Virus record (IMG/VR): IMGVR_UViG_3300035698_035310
Span: 1-64,000 of that record
DNA length: 64,000 nucleotides
Reading direction: 5' to 3' (one strand)
The position numbers and the translations under genes were made by a program. Under the pieces are notes generated by a model that was not told the DNA's origin, ran no database searches, and saw only the letters and a list, made by a program, of their open reading frames with translations. This document shows positions 10,800 to 19,827 of the stretch, piece by piece (within the stretch, counting starts at the first letter, position 1; every line of letters starts with the position of its first letter).

Positions 10800-10895
10800 A
10801 TACTAATTAACTGCTAAAGTATACTTTTTCAGTTACAACGTTAGTAAATGATTCACCAGATCATTTACTAACAGATCGATTTTTGAGGAAAATAT

Positions 10896-11153
10896 ATGAT
10901 AATACTCGACCAAAATACAGTAGAAGGCGACTTTGATCTTATAAGCGAAATTCATGGCGAACTTATAAAAGATTTGATGCTTGAAATCGTTGACGAAATA
11001 TCCCCACTGGGTTTAACCGTTATGCAATCATCATTGATATCAGTTGATGTCATCGTTAAAAAACACAAAGACGCAATAAAACCACATCTTGAAAAATATG
11101 ATTATAAAATAGGCGATAAAAAATATAAACTTGAAAATATAACATTCTATTGA
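10896..11153 (+). CDS. Hypothetical protein
   Basis: GAGG RBS, 85-aa ORF. Confidence 0.6.
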   Translation: MIILDQNTVEGDFDLISEIHGELIKDLMLEIVDEISPLGLTVMQSSLISVDVIVKKHKDAIKPHLEKYDYKIGDKKYKLENITFY

Positions 11154-11192
11154 TATATGATAAAAAATAAATGACATACAGGAGACCAAACC

Positions 11193-11945
11193 ATGTCAAA
11201 ATTTAACAACGCTGGCGTTGCACCAATCAATGTAACTACAATTCCAAATACACGCACCAAAGAAGGTTCACGATCATTTAAGTTTGATCATAAAATGGAA
11301 CTATATCAAACGGTAGTTACTACACTGTTTGGTGAAAGTAATTTTTATGAAAGCAAAGATGAACGCACCAGTCGTATTACACGTCTTGTTCGCAAGTGTG
11401 TAGAAGGCGGCGATGCACAATATGTTGCTAACCTTGCAGTATATGCTCGTGAGAAAATGTATCTTCGTTCTATTCCTGTATTTTTAACCGTTACACTTGC
11501 AAAAGAAATTCGCGCAGTTGATAGTTCCGACTACAACGTTCGATTATTGACAGGTCGTGTTATTCAACGTGCAGATGAAATTCGTGAAATGTTCGCTGCT
11601 GCGGAAGCAGTATTTGGTAATTCAAAGGATAATAAAACATTTAAGAAAGTTGTACCACGTGCGCTTCTTAAAGGTATCGCTGATTCGTTTAATAAATTTG
11701 ACGCTTACCAATTCAAAAAATGGTCCGGTGGAAAAGGTTCAATTAAATTCACCGACGTAATGCGCGTTGTTCATCCAACACCAAAGGATGAAGCACAGAA
11801 CGCAATCTTTAAGAACATCATGGAAGACACCTTGCCAGCAATCGATACTTGGGAAACCAATATCTCTGGTGATGGTTCTAATACAGAAAACTGGCAGTTA
11901 GTTGCTGATGCCAAAATAGAAAAAACTGCTTGGATTAGGGTATAA
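11193..11945 (+). CDS. rsr: TROVE/Ro60 RNA-binding protein, N-terminal half
   Basis: FGESNFYE, YAREKMYLRSIP, QRADEI, FDAYQFKKW, DVMRVVHPTP, TWET. Confidence 0.88.
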   Translation: MSKFNNAGVAPINVTTIPNTRTKEGSRSFKFDHKMELYQTVVTTLFGESNFYESKDERTSRITRLVRKCVEGGDAQYVANLAVYAREKMYLRSIPVFLTVTLAKEIRAVDSSDYNVRLLTGRVIQRADEIREMFAAAEAVFGNSKDNKTFKKVVPRALLKGIADSFNKFDAYQFKKWSGGKGSIKFTDVMRVVHPTPKDEAQNAIFKNIMEDTLPAIDTWETNISGDGSNTENWQLVADAKIEKTAWIRV

Positions 11946-11964
11946 TCAGTTATATTTTTGTTTC

Positions 11965-12016
11965 TTTACTGCTTTATTGATAAATAGATATAACAGGTTA
12001 TCATAAAGGCGGTAAA
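11965..12016 (+). promoter_or_regulatory. Late promoter GATAAATA (11979-11986) with RBS-sequestering hairpin for the endonuclease
   Basis: tttactgctttattgataa / ttatcataaaggcggtaaa; same logic as T4 I-TevI control. Confidence 0.7.
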
Positions 12017-12019
12017 AAC

Positions 12020-12973
12020 ATGAAGACAATAAAAGAATGGATTGAATGCAATCTTATAAAAGAAAATGGTTCATTGAATGAACGACGAATGGGAAAGTTG
12101 TCCAAAAAAGATAGTAGAACGTGGGTGGAAAAACATCATATCGATAGATTTGATGTTATAATAAAATGGGGAAATGGAAGGTCGTTTAAAGAATGCGTCT
12201 ATATGATATTACAAAATATAATAAACATACCATCATGTAAGATATGTGATAATGATGTAGCATTTATAGATAATAAAAATGGTTATAGATTATATTGTTC
12301 AACTGTATGTATGAATAATGACCCAGAAAGAATAATAGAAATAGAAAAAACTAAAAGATCAAATGGTTCATATGATCAAAAAAGAAAACGATTAGAAGAA
12401 ACTAATATAAAAAAATATGGAAAACCGTTTTTTGTTAATAGAAAAAAAGGAAAAGACACATTAAGAAAAAACTTTGGCGTTGATCATCCGGCACAATCGT
12501 CTATCGTTAAAAAGAAAATGAAAGATACAATGGTTAAAAAATGGGGCGTAGAAAATCCCATGTATATATCAACTTTTGTTGATAAAATGATACAAAGTAG
12601 AGGAAATAAAATAACCGGAAGTATCAGGTGTAGAATAAAACGATTTGGTGATAAAGAGATTCCATATCAAGGAACATATGAAAAAATATTTTTAGAAAGT
12701 TTATCGAATAAAAATATCGAACGAATAAAAAGAGGTAATAAAGCAGTTTATTTTATAGACGGGAAACAAAAAACATATTATCCAGATTTTGTTATAGAAA
12801 ACACAGTTTATGAAATAAAATCGAAATGGACGTGGGATAATAAAGGTAAGAATAAAAGATTAAGAGTAATAAACAAGTTGAAGTTGAGATCGGCTAAACG
12901 GCAAGGTCATAATGTCATTTTGGTATTAGATCATAAACAGTTAACTTACAACGAAGCAATACGCTTGTTATAA
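12020..12973 (+). mobile_element. Free-standing homing endonuclease (PD-(D/E)XK, TnsA-like C-terminus) inserted in the TROVE gene
   Basis: CKIC, YCSTVC, KKWGVENP-type repeats, YYPDFVIENTVYEIKS. Confidence 0.8.
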
Positions 12974-12987
12974 AGGAGACCAAACCA

Positions 12988-13983
12988 ATGCAAGTTATAG
13001 ATAAGAAATTTTTAAAAGATAAAGATAATGTTGTATTCACAGATGAATTTGATATTATTAATGGTGTAAAATACCAAAAAGTTAAATGGGATATAGAGCA
13101 TCCAAAAATGGGTCTGATGGCAAGAGTTCGAAATCTTCGTAATTTAACCAAGCATGATGTTGATTTGGATTACACTATAAAATGTTTGACTGATGCTAAC
13201 GCAGTCAAAAAATCAAAGATGCTCCCGTTTCGCTGGTATTCGGCGTATAGAGAACTTGGTGGTTCTGGAATAGAAGCAAACAATCATTGGTATTATAAAG
13301 AACCAGCTAAACCAGACGTTATGGCTTCACCACATTTGTTGGCTGCATTGGAAGATGCATTTGACATGAGTGTATCCAATTTGCCAGACTTGGGCGATGA
13401 TGTACTTATCGTAGTTGACCAAAGTGGTTCTATGTAAGACACTATCAGCCAACATAGCACAGTAACATGTGCTGAAATCGCTAGTGTGCTTGGTGCTGCG
13501 GTGTGGTTCAATCAGATTCGCCAAGGTAAAAAAGCTATGGTAGCAGGTTTTGCATCCACTGGAAAGGTTTACAATTGGAGTGCACGAACTAGTGCGCTTG
13601 CTGCGGCTAAAGAAATGATGAACACCAGTTTGGGTGGTGCAACGAATATCGGCACTGCGTGGGGTGCTGCAAAAATGGCTAATCTTAAACCATCAACTAT
13701 TGTGGTTCTTAGTGATATGCAAATGACTGGCGATAGCCGCGCTCGTTATAATACAATTATGGTTCCAGAGCAATACGGTCTTGCTGATGATGACACTTTG
13801 AAAATAAGTATCAACATTAAAGGTTATGATAATAGCCCGTTGGCTATGAACAATGGCTGGATTCAAATTGCTGGATGGTCAGAAAAAATATTTGATCTTA
13901 TTGACGCAATGCGCAAACCAGGTGATGCTGTTAAGTTGATTAATGATCTTGATTTAAACTTGACAAAGTCGCAACAGGTATAG
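12988..13983 (+). pseudogene. rsr: TROVE/Ro60 C-terminal half incl. vWA domain, with in-frame TAA at 13435-13437
   Basis: KMGLMARVRNLRNL, SKMLPFRWYSAY, VDQSGSM*DTISQHSTVTCAEIASVLGAA, GGATNI, LSDMQ, GWSEKIF. Confidence 0.8.
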
Positions 13984-14019
13984 TAATATGAATATTATAA
14001 ACATAGACATAAGGAGATT

Positions 14020-14538
14020 TTGTTGAACAATAATACTACTTTGCTTAATGAGCAAATAAATTTACATTTGATTCGTTTAGTCAGTGATGACGGTGAACAG
14101 GATGGAATAATGACATCCAGTGCAGCGTATACTATAGCGCAATCGAAAGGATTGGATTTAGTTTTAATATCACCCGAAGCAATTCCACCTGTATGTAAGG
14201 TGCTTAATTGGGGCAAACATTTATTTGATTTAAAGAAACGACAAAAAGAATCTAAATCAAAACAAACCGTAGTTGATACAAAAGAAGTTCAATTAAGACC
14301 AACTACTGATGTTCATGATTTGGAAACAAAAATGAATAAAGCAAAGAAGTTTTTAGAGAAAGGCAAACATGTTCGTTTTCATATGCGTTTCCGTGGACGA
14401 GAAGCATCACATGCTGAAATAGGCATGGAAATGATGAATGGCATCCTTGAAACGTTAGGAGATACTGTTGTTATTGACAAGAAACCCATATTAAAAGGTA
14501 AGAATATCATAATGTTAGTGGCTCCAGCGACTAAATAG
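14020..14538 (+). CDS. infC: Translation initiation factor IF-3 (TTG start)
   Basis: LNEQI, GLDLVLISP...PPVCKV, VKEVQLRP-like segment, FLEKG, FRGRE. Confidence 0.95.
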   Translation: MLNNNTTLLNEQINLHLIRLVSDDGEQDGIMTSSAAYTIAQSKGLDLVLISPEAIPPVCKVLNWGKHLFDLKKRQKESKSKQTVVDTKEVQLRPTTDVHDLETKMNKAKKFLEKGKHVRFHMRFRGREASHAEIGMEMMNGILETLGDTVVIDKKPILKGKNIIMLVAPATK

Positions 14539-14558
14539 TTATAATACTATTTAACCAG

Positions 14559-14789
14559 TTGGAGTATGTTATGAATTTATACGGTCAAGCACAATTAACT
14601 AAAACAATAACCGATCAAAAAAATATAGAACGTAATTATTGGCGCATTTTTAGCGAATTGGAAGAAGCAAACAAAAAAATAAAAACATTAGAAGCAGAAA
14701 ATAAAAAATTAAAAGAGAGTGCTAAAAAAGTGCCAAAGAAAAATATATTAACATCAACAAGTGCTGATATATTTTCATCTGATGACTAA
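14559..14789 (+). CDS. Small coiled-coil hypothetical protein
   Basis: ORF track; probable start ATG 14571. Confidence 0.55.
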   Translation: MEYVMNLYGQAQLTKTITDQKNIERNYWRIFSELEEANKKIKTLEAENKKLKESAKKVPKKNILTSTSADIFSSDD

Positions 14790-14796
14790 CAAAGTT

Positions 14797-15040
14797 TAGT
14801 TTAACGGCGGCGAGTGTTTTTACACTTGTATTTCAAAGATGGTCTCCTGATTGTCGTTAAACTAATAGGGGCGATGATTGTGGCAAAACAGTTCATCGTC
14901 CCTTCTACATTACCTGCGGATGGAATAATATTCTTTATCGCTCGCCCACCATCCTTTCTTCGGAATGCACTGATGAGTAAGGGATTAAAAATAACAAACC
15001 TATTGTACGGTGGTTCTAGAACATCTAATCGGCGATAGAC
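14797..15040. ncRNA. Candidate structured RNA
   Basis: 13-bp tagtttaacggcg/tgtcgttaaacta helix, gggcgatga/tcatcgtcc, ggatgg/ccatcc, c-UUCG-g loop. Confidence 0.45.
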
Positions 15041-15055
15041 AAATGGTTTTTATAA

Positions 15056-15091
15056 AGGCGAGACTACACAAGAGGTAGTCTCGCCTATTTC
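15056..15091 (+). terminator. Intrinsic terminator
   Basis: aggcgagactac/gtagtctcgcct perfect 12-bp stem. Confidence 0.75.
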
Positions 15092-15156
15092 ATTTAGCCC
15101 TTGACATATTATATTAATCGTATATAATAATAAAAATTGCACGAAAGGATTTAATA

Positions 15157-17001
15157 ATGACATATAGAAATATTAATGTGAATGGCACTGATTACAAATA
15201 TGTGATCGGTAAGACTTATATTAAAGTTGTCGGCATTGGATCGATATTAAAATATCGTGTGGGCACACCGGCTGGTATAACATATAAAACATATCTTGAG
15301 TGGATGAAATTGTCCGATTCAGAGTTACAAGAAAAAACTAAAGGTCATAGAGTTCAAACTGGACCCGGTGATGTTAAAAAGTTTATATTAAATCCAGACG
15401 GCAACATTCCTTTATTGGAACCGTTTCGCTGCAATGGATATAGATATATCCATGAAGAGTCGGGACGAGTTCAGGATGATGTAAGATTAAGATCCGACCC
15501 ATTTGATGGTGAAATCTATCGCAAACTTAATTTTTCATTTTATTGCCAAGAATGCCACGATGAACGCGCAATGGATATTTAAAGGAGTTAAATTATGAAT
15601 AAAAATAAAGCAGTGCGAAATCTTCAGTTGATGATTGATATCAGAGAAGGCAAGCCACCGGTTAGAACTACGGAGAAATCTGCGTTCAACAAAGGCATTG
15701 AAGTAAATCAACCAAAGCACGATGTTTCACGATATCAATATTTTTCTTCGTATACAGGAAGAATGTTATCGCAGCATGAAATGGGCATGATTCGGAGATT
15801 TCAACAAGCAGAAAATCTTATGTTTGATGGATCGCATACGCAGATTTTTGCAAATGCAATTCGTGGGCATCAAGTTGAAGCAGTTAATAGGGGATAATTA
15901 TTATAATGCATATTGATAAAATACTTAATCTGCCAATGCAAGAAAATGATGCTGAAGCGAAAACAATACGGGATTATTTGAAAGAGTTGCTTAAAGAACT
16001 TTGGGTGGAGGGTGAAGGATTTTCGGGTAAACGTCCTTTCGGAAATAGCGGCTGGCATCACGAACTCTATACTACATTAATTATACATAAAGTGATTGAT
16101 GGAACGTTGGACGAAGATGGATATATAGATCATTGTGATGATGCACAAGGAGATACCATTATAATTGCTGTGATAAATGCTTTATAATTATTTAAAAATG
16201 AGGAATGTTTTATATGTTGTATGAAAAGTTATCAGATCATGAAACACTTGATTTAAACAGTGTTGTTTATATTCATTATAGACAGGGTGTGATTTTTAAA
16301 AAACCGCCATTTTGGGTTAGATGGATTCCAATGGTAATGATCGGCGAAGATATACCTGCTCGAATTCAAATATTACTTGACAATAAGGAACGGTTGATGT
16401 ATTATTATGAAACTAACGAAGAAGCAAATACAGCTTATAATGATGTAGTTGCTAATTGGAAAAAGATCGCGGGACCGTTGTAGACCTTGTATTATGGTTT
16501 TGTATTTCATACCCCGCAAAAAGACCATGTAATTGCGGATACTGAACATGGTAATTTTTTTTAATAAAAGGCGACAATATGGTTAATACTAAAACACTTA
16601 ATAAAATAGCCACCGACATAGAAAAAAATAAAAAACGTAAAGAACGACGTCGCGAGTTATATGCTTTAAAAAAAGAAGAAATAAGAAAAGAAGCAGTGAT
16701 ACAAAAAGGTGTTAAAAAGGCATTAAGACGATTGGGACCACGTTGCGAAGAATCCGCAAAAAACGGCGAAAAATATCTTCCGTTGATTACAACAAGATCA
16801 ACAAGCGGAAATGACTCTATTGATTTTTGGCATCCAAGTGAACGCGACGAGCCAGAATGTTTTCATGAAATTGCTTCTAGGATAGAAGAACATTTAGAAA
16901 AGAAAAATATTGATCATGACTGGCGGCATTGGGATGATAGTGGAGTGGCAACTTGGAGCAATTATGCGCTTTGTGTTGTATGGGATGGTATAAATAAATA
17001 A
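15157..17001 (+). CDS. Run of small hypothetical genes: 15157-15582, 15595-15897, 15906-16187, 16205-16483, 16579-17001
   Basis: Co-oriented ORFs with RBSs after promoter TTGACA at ~15100; no recognised motifs. Confidence 0.65.
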
Positions 17002-17095
17002 GATGTTTGGCACCGGTTGTAAGTCACCTGACGACATAGGGCGGATCGGCTAAGAGAGTGCATGTAGGACTACCAAATATTTTCAAGGAGTTAAT

Positions 17096-17287
17096 ATGAA
17101 CGATAAAGATGAAATGCTACAAATTATTGGCGAACTTAAAAATGGTGCGATGGATATTCTTAAAAAAATACAAAATCATGAATTATCAGAAGACGAGTTG
17201 TTATACTATATGAATATAGCAGATGATGCAAACAGCATACTTGCTGGAACAATTAAAAAAATAGATGAAGCGCAAAAAACTACTTGA
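17096..17287 (+). CDS. Hypothetical protein
   Basis: AAGGAG RBS, 63 aa. Confidence 0.6.
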   Translation: MNDKDEMLQIIGELKNGAMDILKKIQNHELSEDELLYYMNIADDANSILAGTIKKIDEAQKTT

Positions 17288-17312
17288 CAATCTAAAAAGG
17301 GTGTTGTATAAT
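17284..17312 (+). promoter_or_regulatory. Consensus sigma70 promoter of the attenuator/tRNA array
   Basis: TTGACA-N17-TATAAT. Confidence 0.85.
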
Positions 17313-17484
17313 GCCTAAAGTTAAAAAATGATAAATACTTTTACGGTGAACATCTTCGCCATGGTGAAATACCCAAAACCCAATTAAGTGGATGTGAAAA
17401 AACATAGAACAAAACGCCATGGTGGCGTATTATTTGAATCGGCTTTAAAAACTTTTTAAGCCTAACGAGAAAAGGAACCGAGAT

Positions 17485-17646
17485 ATGACTTCTACTTTTA
17501 AACATAAACATATAGATACAGGGACCATTTGTAATGGTAACGGTATTGTTGTGTTTATGCGCAATGTAGTGAGAAATACAAATGATACAAAACGAGGTTG
17601 GGATTTTACCAACTTTATCAAAGGCAAAGGAGTTAACGGGCATTAA
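17485..17646 (+). CDS. Attenuator leader peptide, 53 aa (MTSTFKHKHIDTGTICNGNGIVVFMRNVVRNTNDTKRGWDFTNFIKGKGVNGH)
   Basis: AAAGGA RBS at 17471; below the ORF-track cutoff; contains antiterminator segment tatcaaaggc (17616-17625). Confidence 0.75.
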   Translation: MTSTFKHKHIDTGTICNGNGIVVFMRNVVRNTNDTKRGWDFTNFIKGKGVNGH

Positions 17647-17674
17647 AACCTAAAATTCCAGTTCAAACAGAACT

Positions 17675-17710
17675 AAAAGCCTTTGATAGAAATATCAAAG
17701 GCTTTTTTTA
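17675..17710 (+). terminator. Attenuator terminator
   Basis: gcctttgata-gaaa-tatcaaaggc followed by ttttttta. Confidence 0.9.
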
Positions 17711-17721
17711 TTGAGCAAACG

Positions 17722-17960
17722 AGATCGAATACAGTGTTAACGCGGAACGAGACTGCTAGGAACACTTAAAATATACCTAATATGGGCGCGTTGTGGATGG
17801 ATTTCCTTTTGTGGAATGATAAAAGCAATGGTAGGAAGCAAAGCGACCTACTAGGGAAAGCGTTATATGCTTTCCTGATAAGTTATTTTGTATGGAAGTG
17901 CCATTAAAGCAGAACAATTGGTTTGGCGACCAAGCACCTTCGGGGCATAAAATCTGCTAC
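17722..17960 (+). ncRNA. Candidate ornate RNA immediately after the attenuator, opening with AGATCGA
   Basis: tagg/ccta, tggtagg/cctacta, ggaaagc/gctttcc, gcaga/tctgc, ttggt/accaa, c-UUCG-g. Confidence 0.5.
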
Positions 17961-17996
17961 TACTATACTATTTTAATCATAACTAAGTGTCACAAA

Positions 17997-18400
17997 ATAT
18001 TGTATGGTGTAGTGGTAACACGCTGCCTTTATCGGCGGAGCCGTGGGTTCGAGTCCTACTATGATATTTGGATTACGTTCAGTGTGCACACCGAACGCCA
18101 CAAATTATCTGTTATTATCGCGATAGTGATAGATAATGTTGGGTCACTTAGTTATGATTAAAGTTTTTAGGGTGTTCGTCTAGTGGATTAGGACGCGCCG
18201 CCTTGGGTAGTTGGAGTTCGATTCTCCTTAGCAACGGTTACGTAAATCCGCACGGTGAGACATTGGTTCGAATCCAATACATGTTAAAATAACGATTTCA
18301 CATGAGATGTATAGTTTTAATGGATAAATCAGGCATGAGCCTTGTGCGGCAAGATAGTGGGTTCGATTCCCCTTGCGTTGAATGTGAAATGATGCTATAT
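17997..18400 (+). ncRNA. Degenerate tRNA-like elements (17997-18068, ~18169-18285, ~18295-18390)
   Basis: Four GGTTCGA/GAGTTCGA T-arms and D-arm-like segments but defective anticodon or acceptor arms. Confidence 0.55.
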
Positions 18401-18425
18401 TGGTTTTTTAATATAGGAGATAATA

Positions 18426-18980
18426 ATGGAACTAGAAACATATCTTAAAGATTATGGCTTAACTGATGATATTATACGTTATGCTATATTCACTGGTACA
18501 TTAACCAAATATAGTATTTCAGATTGGCGTGTTATATGTTATATAATCGACGATCCTGATTTAGATCGTGAAACAAAAGTAGCCATGATTGAAAAAGCAT
18601 TTAAAGATGATAAATGGCGTGCCAAAGAATTATTTGTTTTTATTGAAACATTAAATCAATTTGTAAAAGCAGATGATATTCTTTCAGGGGCACACGAAAA
18701 AGATTCATGGGGAAAAGGTACACCATCTGAGCAATTTGCCATATCAGTGTCGCTCTGTGAAGCACTTAAAAAAATGAAAACCGAAAATAAATTAAACAGC
18801 GATGAACAAATTGATGTTTTTGACCGATTTGTTGTATACATTATGGATATGTTTTCACCCGAAATGGTTGTGTTGACATTCAGACATGCTATCAAACAAT
18901 ATGGTATAAAATTCGATATACATAAACATTCCGAATTTAAAAAAGCAATGAAAGCATATAATCGTATAATATTAGCATGA
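18426..18980 (+). CDS. Hypothetical protein resembling the C-terminal part of phage MoxR-like ATPases
   Basis: DDILSG...ISVSLCEAL...EMVVL segment; recalled similarity only. Confidence 0.4.
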   Translation: MELETYLKDYGLTDDIIRYAIFTGTLTKYSISDWRVICYIIDDPDLDRETKVAMIEKAFKDDKWRAKELFVFIETLNQFVKADDILSGAHEKDSWGKGTPSEQFAISVSLCEALKKMKTENKLNSDEQIDVFDRFVVYIMDMFSPEMVVLTFRHAIKQYGIKFDIHKHSEFKKAMKAYNRIILA

Positions 18981-19282
18981 AAGCATATAAATTATTCAAA
19001 AAACGAAAAGATGGTTCAATTGGACCACTTTTCATTAATGCCAAAATGCGTATACCATTAAATGTGTGGCTGGATGCTGAAGATCATCCAACCAAAGGTT
19101 ATGCACATAGACCAGGATGGCATGCTGGCGCTGAACCAAATGCACCACACCTAAGTGAAAAAGGACGCGTTTGGTATGAAGTAGAAATAAAAGACTTTGT
19201 GACATTTAAACGACCCATCAATCAAGGTGGTGAATGGTTGATTGCACAAAAAATCAAAGTGATAGGTGAATATCACAAATAA
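18977..19282 (+). CDS. Conserved phage hypothetical protein
   Basis: MKAYKLF..RKDG..GPLFIN...HPTKGYAHRPGWH. Confidence 0.7.
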   Translation: MKAYKLFKKRKDGSIGPLFINAKMRIPLNVWLDAEDHPTKGYAHRPGWHAGAEPNAPHLSEKGRVWYEVEIKDFVTFKRPINQGGEWLIAQKIKVIGEYHK

Positions 19283-19285
19283 TAT

Positions 19286-19360
19286 GGACCGGTAACTCAG
19301 AGGCAGAGTGTTCGCCTTTTAAGCGAAACGTCGGGATTTCGAAATTCCCCCGGTCTACCA
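19286..19360 (+). tRNA. tRNA-Lys(TTT)
   Basis: ttcgc-ctTTTaa-gcgaa; CCA encoded. Confidence 0.9.
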
Positions 19361-19369
19361 ATCACTTAT

Positions 19370-19444
19370 GCACGATAGATAACTGGGGTTACGACGGCTT
19401 TTACATGGCTGTTGTGGTGGGTTCGATTCCCACATCGTGTACCA
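19370..19444 (+). tRNA. tRNA-Val(TAC), atypical D arm
   Basis: cggct-ttTACat-ggctg; CCA. Confidence 0.75.
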
Positions 19445-19455
19445 ATACAATATAT

Positions 19456-19530
19456 GGACCGGTAGCTCAGAGGCAGAGCGTTCGCCTCTTAAGCGAAATG
19501 TCGAGATTTCGAAATTCTCCCGGTCTACCA
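19456..19530 (+). tRNA. tRNA-Lys(CTT)
   Basis: ttcgc-ctCTTaa-gcgaa; CCA. Confidence 0.9.
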
Positions 19531-19539
19531 ATACCTTAT

Positions 19540-19614
19540 GCTCGATAGATAACTGGGGTTACGACGGCTTTAACATAGCTGTTGTGGTGGGTTCGATTCC
19601 CACATCGAGTACCA
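19540..19614 (+). tRNA. tRNA-Val(AAC)
   Basis: cggct-ttAACat-agctg; CCA. Confidence 0.75.
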
Positions 19615-19697
19615 ATATTTTTGATACACATAATGGTTTAGTGTATTGATAAACCGGCTGTGGGTGAAGCGGTATAACAAATGTCTACCCCCAATAT

Positions 19698-19772
19698 GGT
19701 CGTGTAGCTCAAAGGCAGAGCATTCGCTTTACATGCGAAAGGTTGTGATATCGTAATTCACCACGACTACCA
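19698..19772 (+). tRNA. tRNA-Val(TAC)
   Basis: ttcgc-ttTACat-gcgaa; CCA. Confidence 0.85.
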
Positions 19773-19827
19773 ATATTGCTTTTTAGTTGTATAGTATGCT
19801 ATTATTGTTTTTTATAGGAGATATATA

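Larger units (their letters stand above)
10098..10879 (+). ncRNA. Candidate ornate ncRNA block 2 with four AGATCGA motifs and two Y-RNA-like modules
   Basis: Closed helical domains gggtattt/aaataccc, gatgaga/tcttatc, tgtcatgg/ccatgaca, gatagg/cctatc, gttagtaaatga/tcatttactaac; no ORF of 60 codons or more in the supplied track. Confidence 0.65.

Noticed and set aside
11930-13100. Group I intron or split intein in the TROVE gene
   Set aside because: Flanks are short AT-rich promoter/RBS sequence without P7-type cores; no intein block A or terminal HN-C/S/T; the C-half has its own RBS.
14970-15000. Hammerhead ribozyme at ctgatgag
   Set aside because: No properly placed GAAA and stem II/III downstream.
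17005-17080. Riboswitch or ribozyme between ORFs 16579 and 17096
   Set aside because: GC-rich and possibly structured, but I could not match any known core or build a convincing fold.
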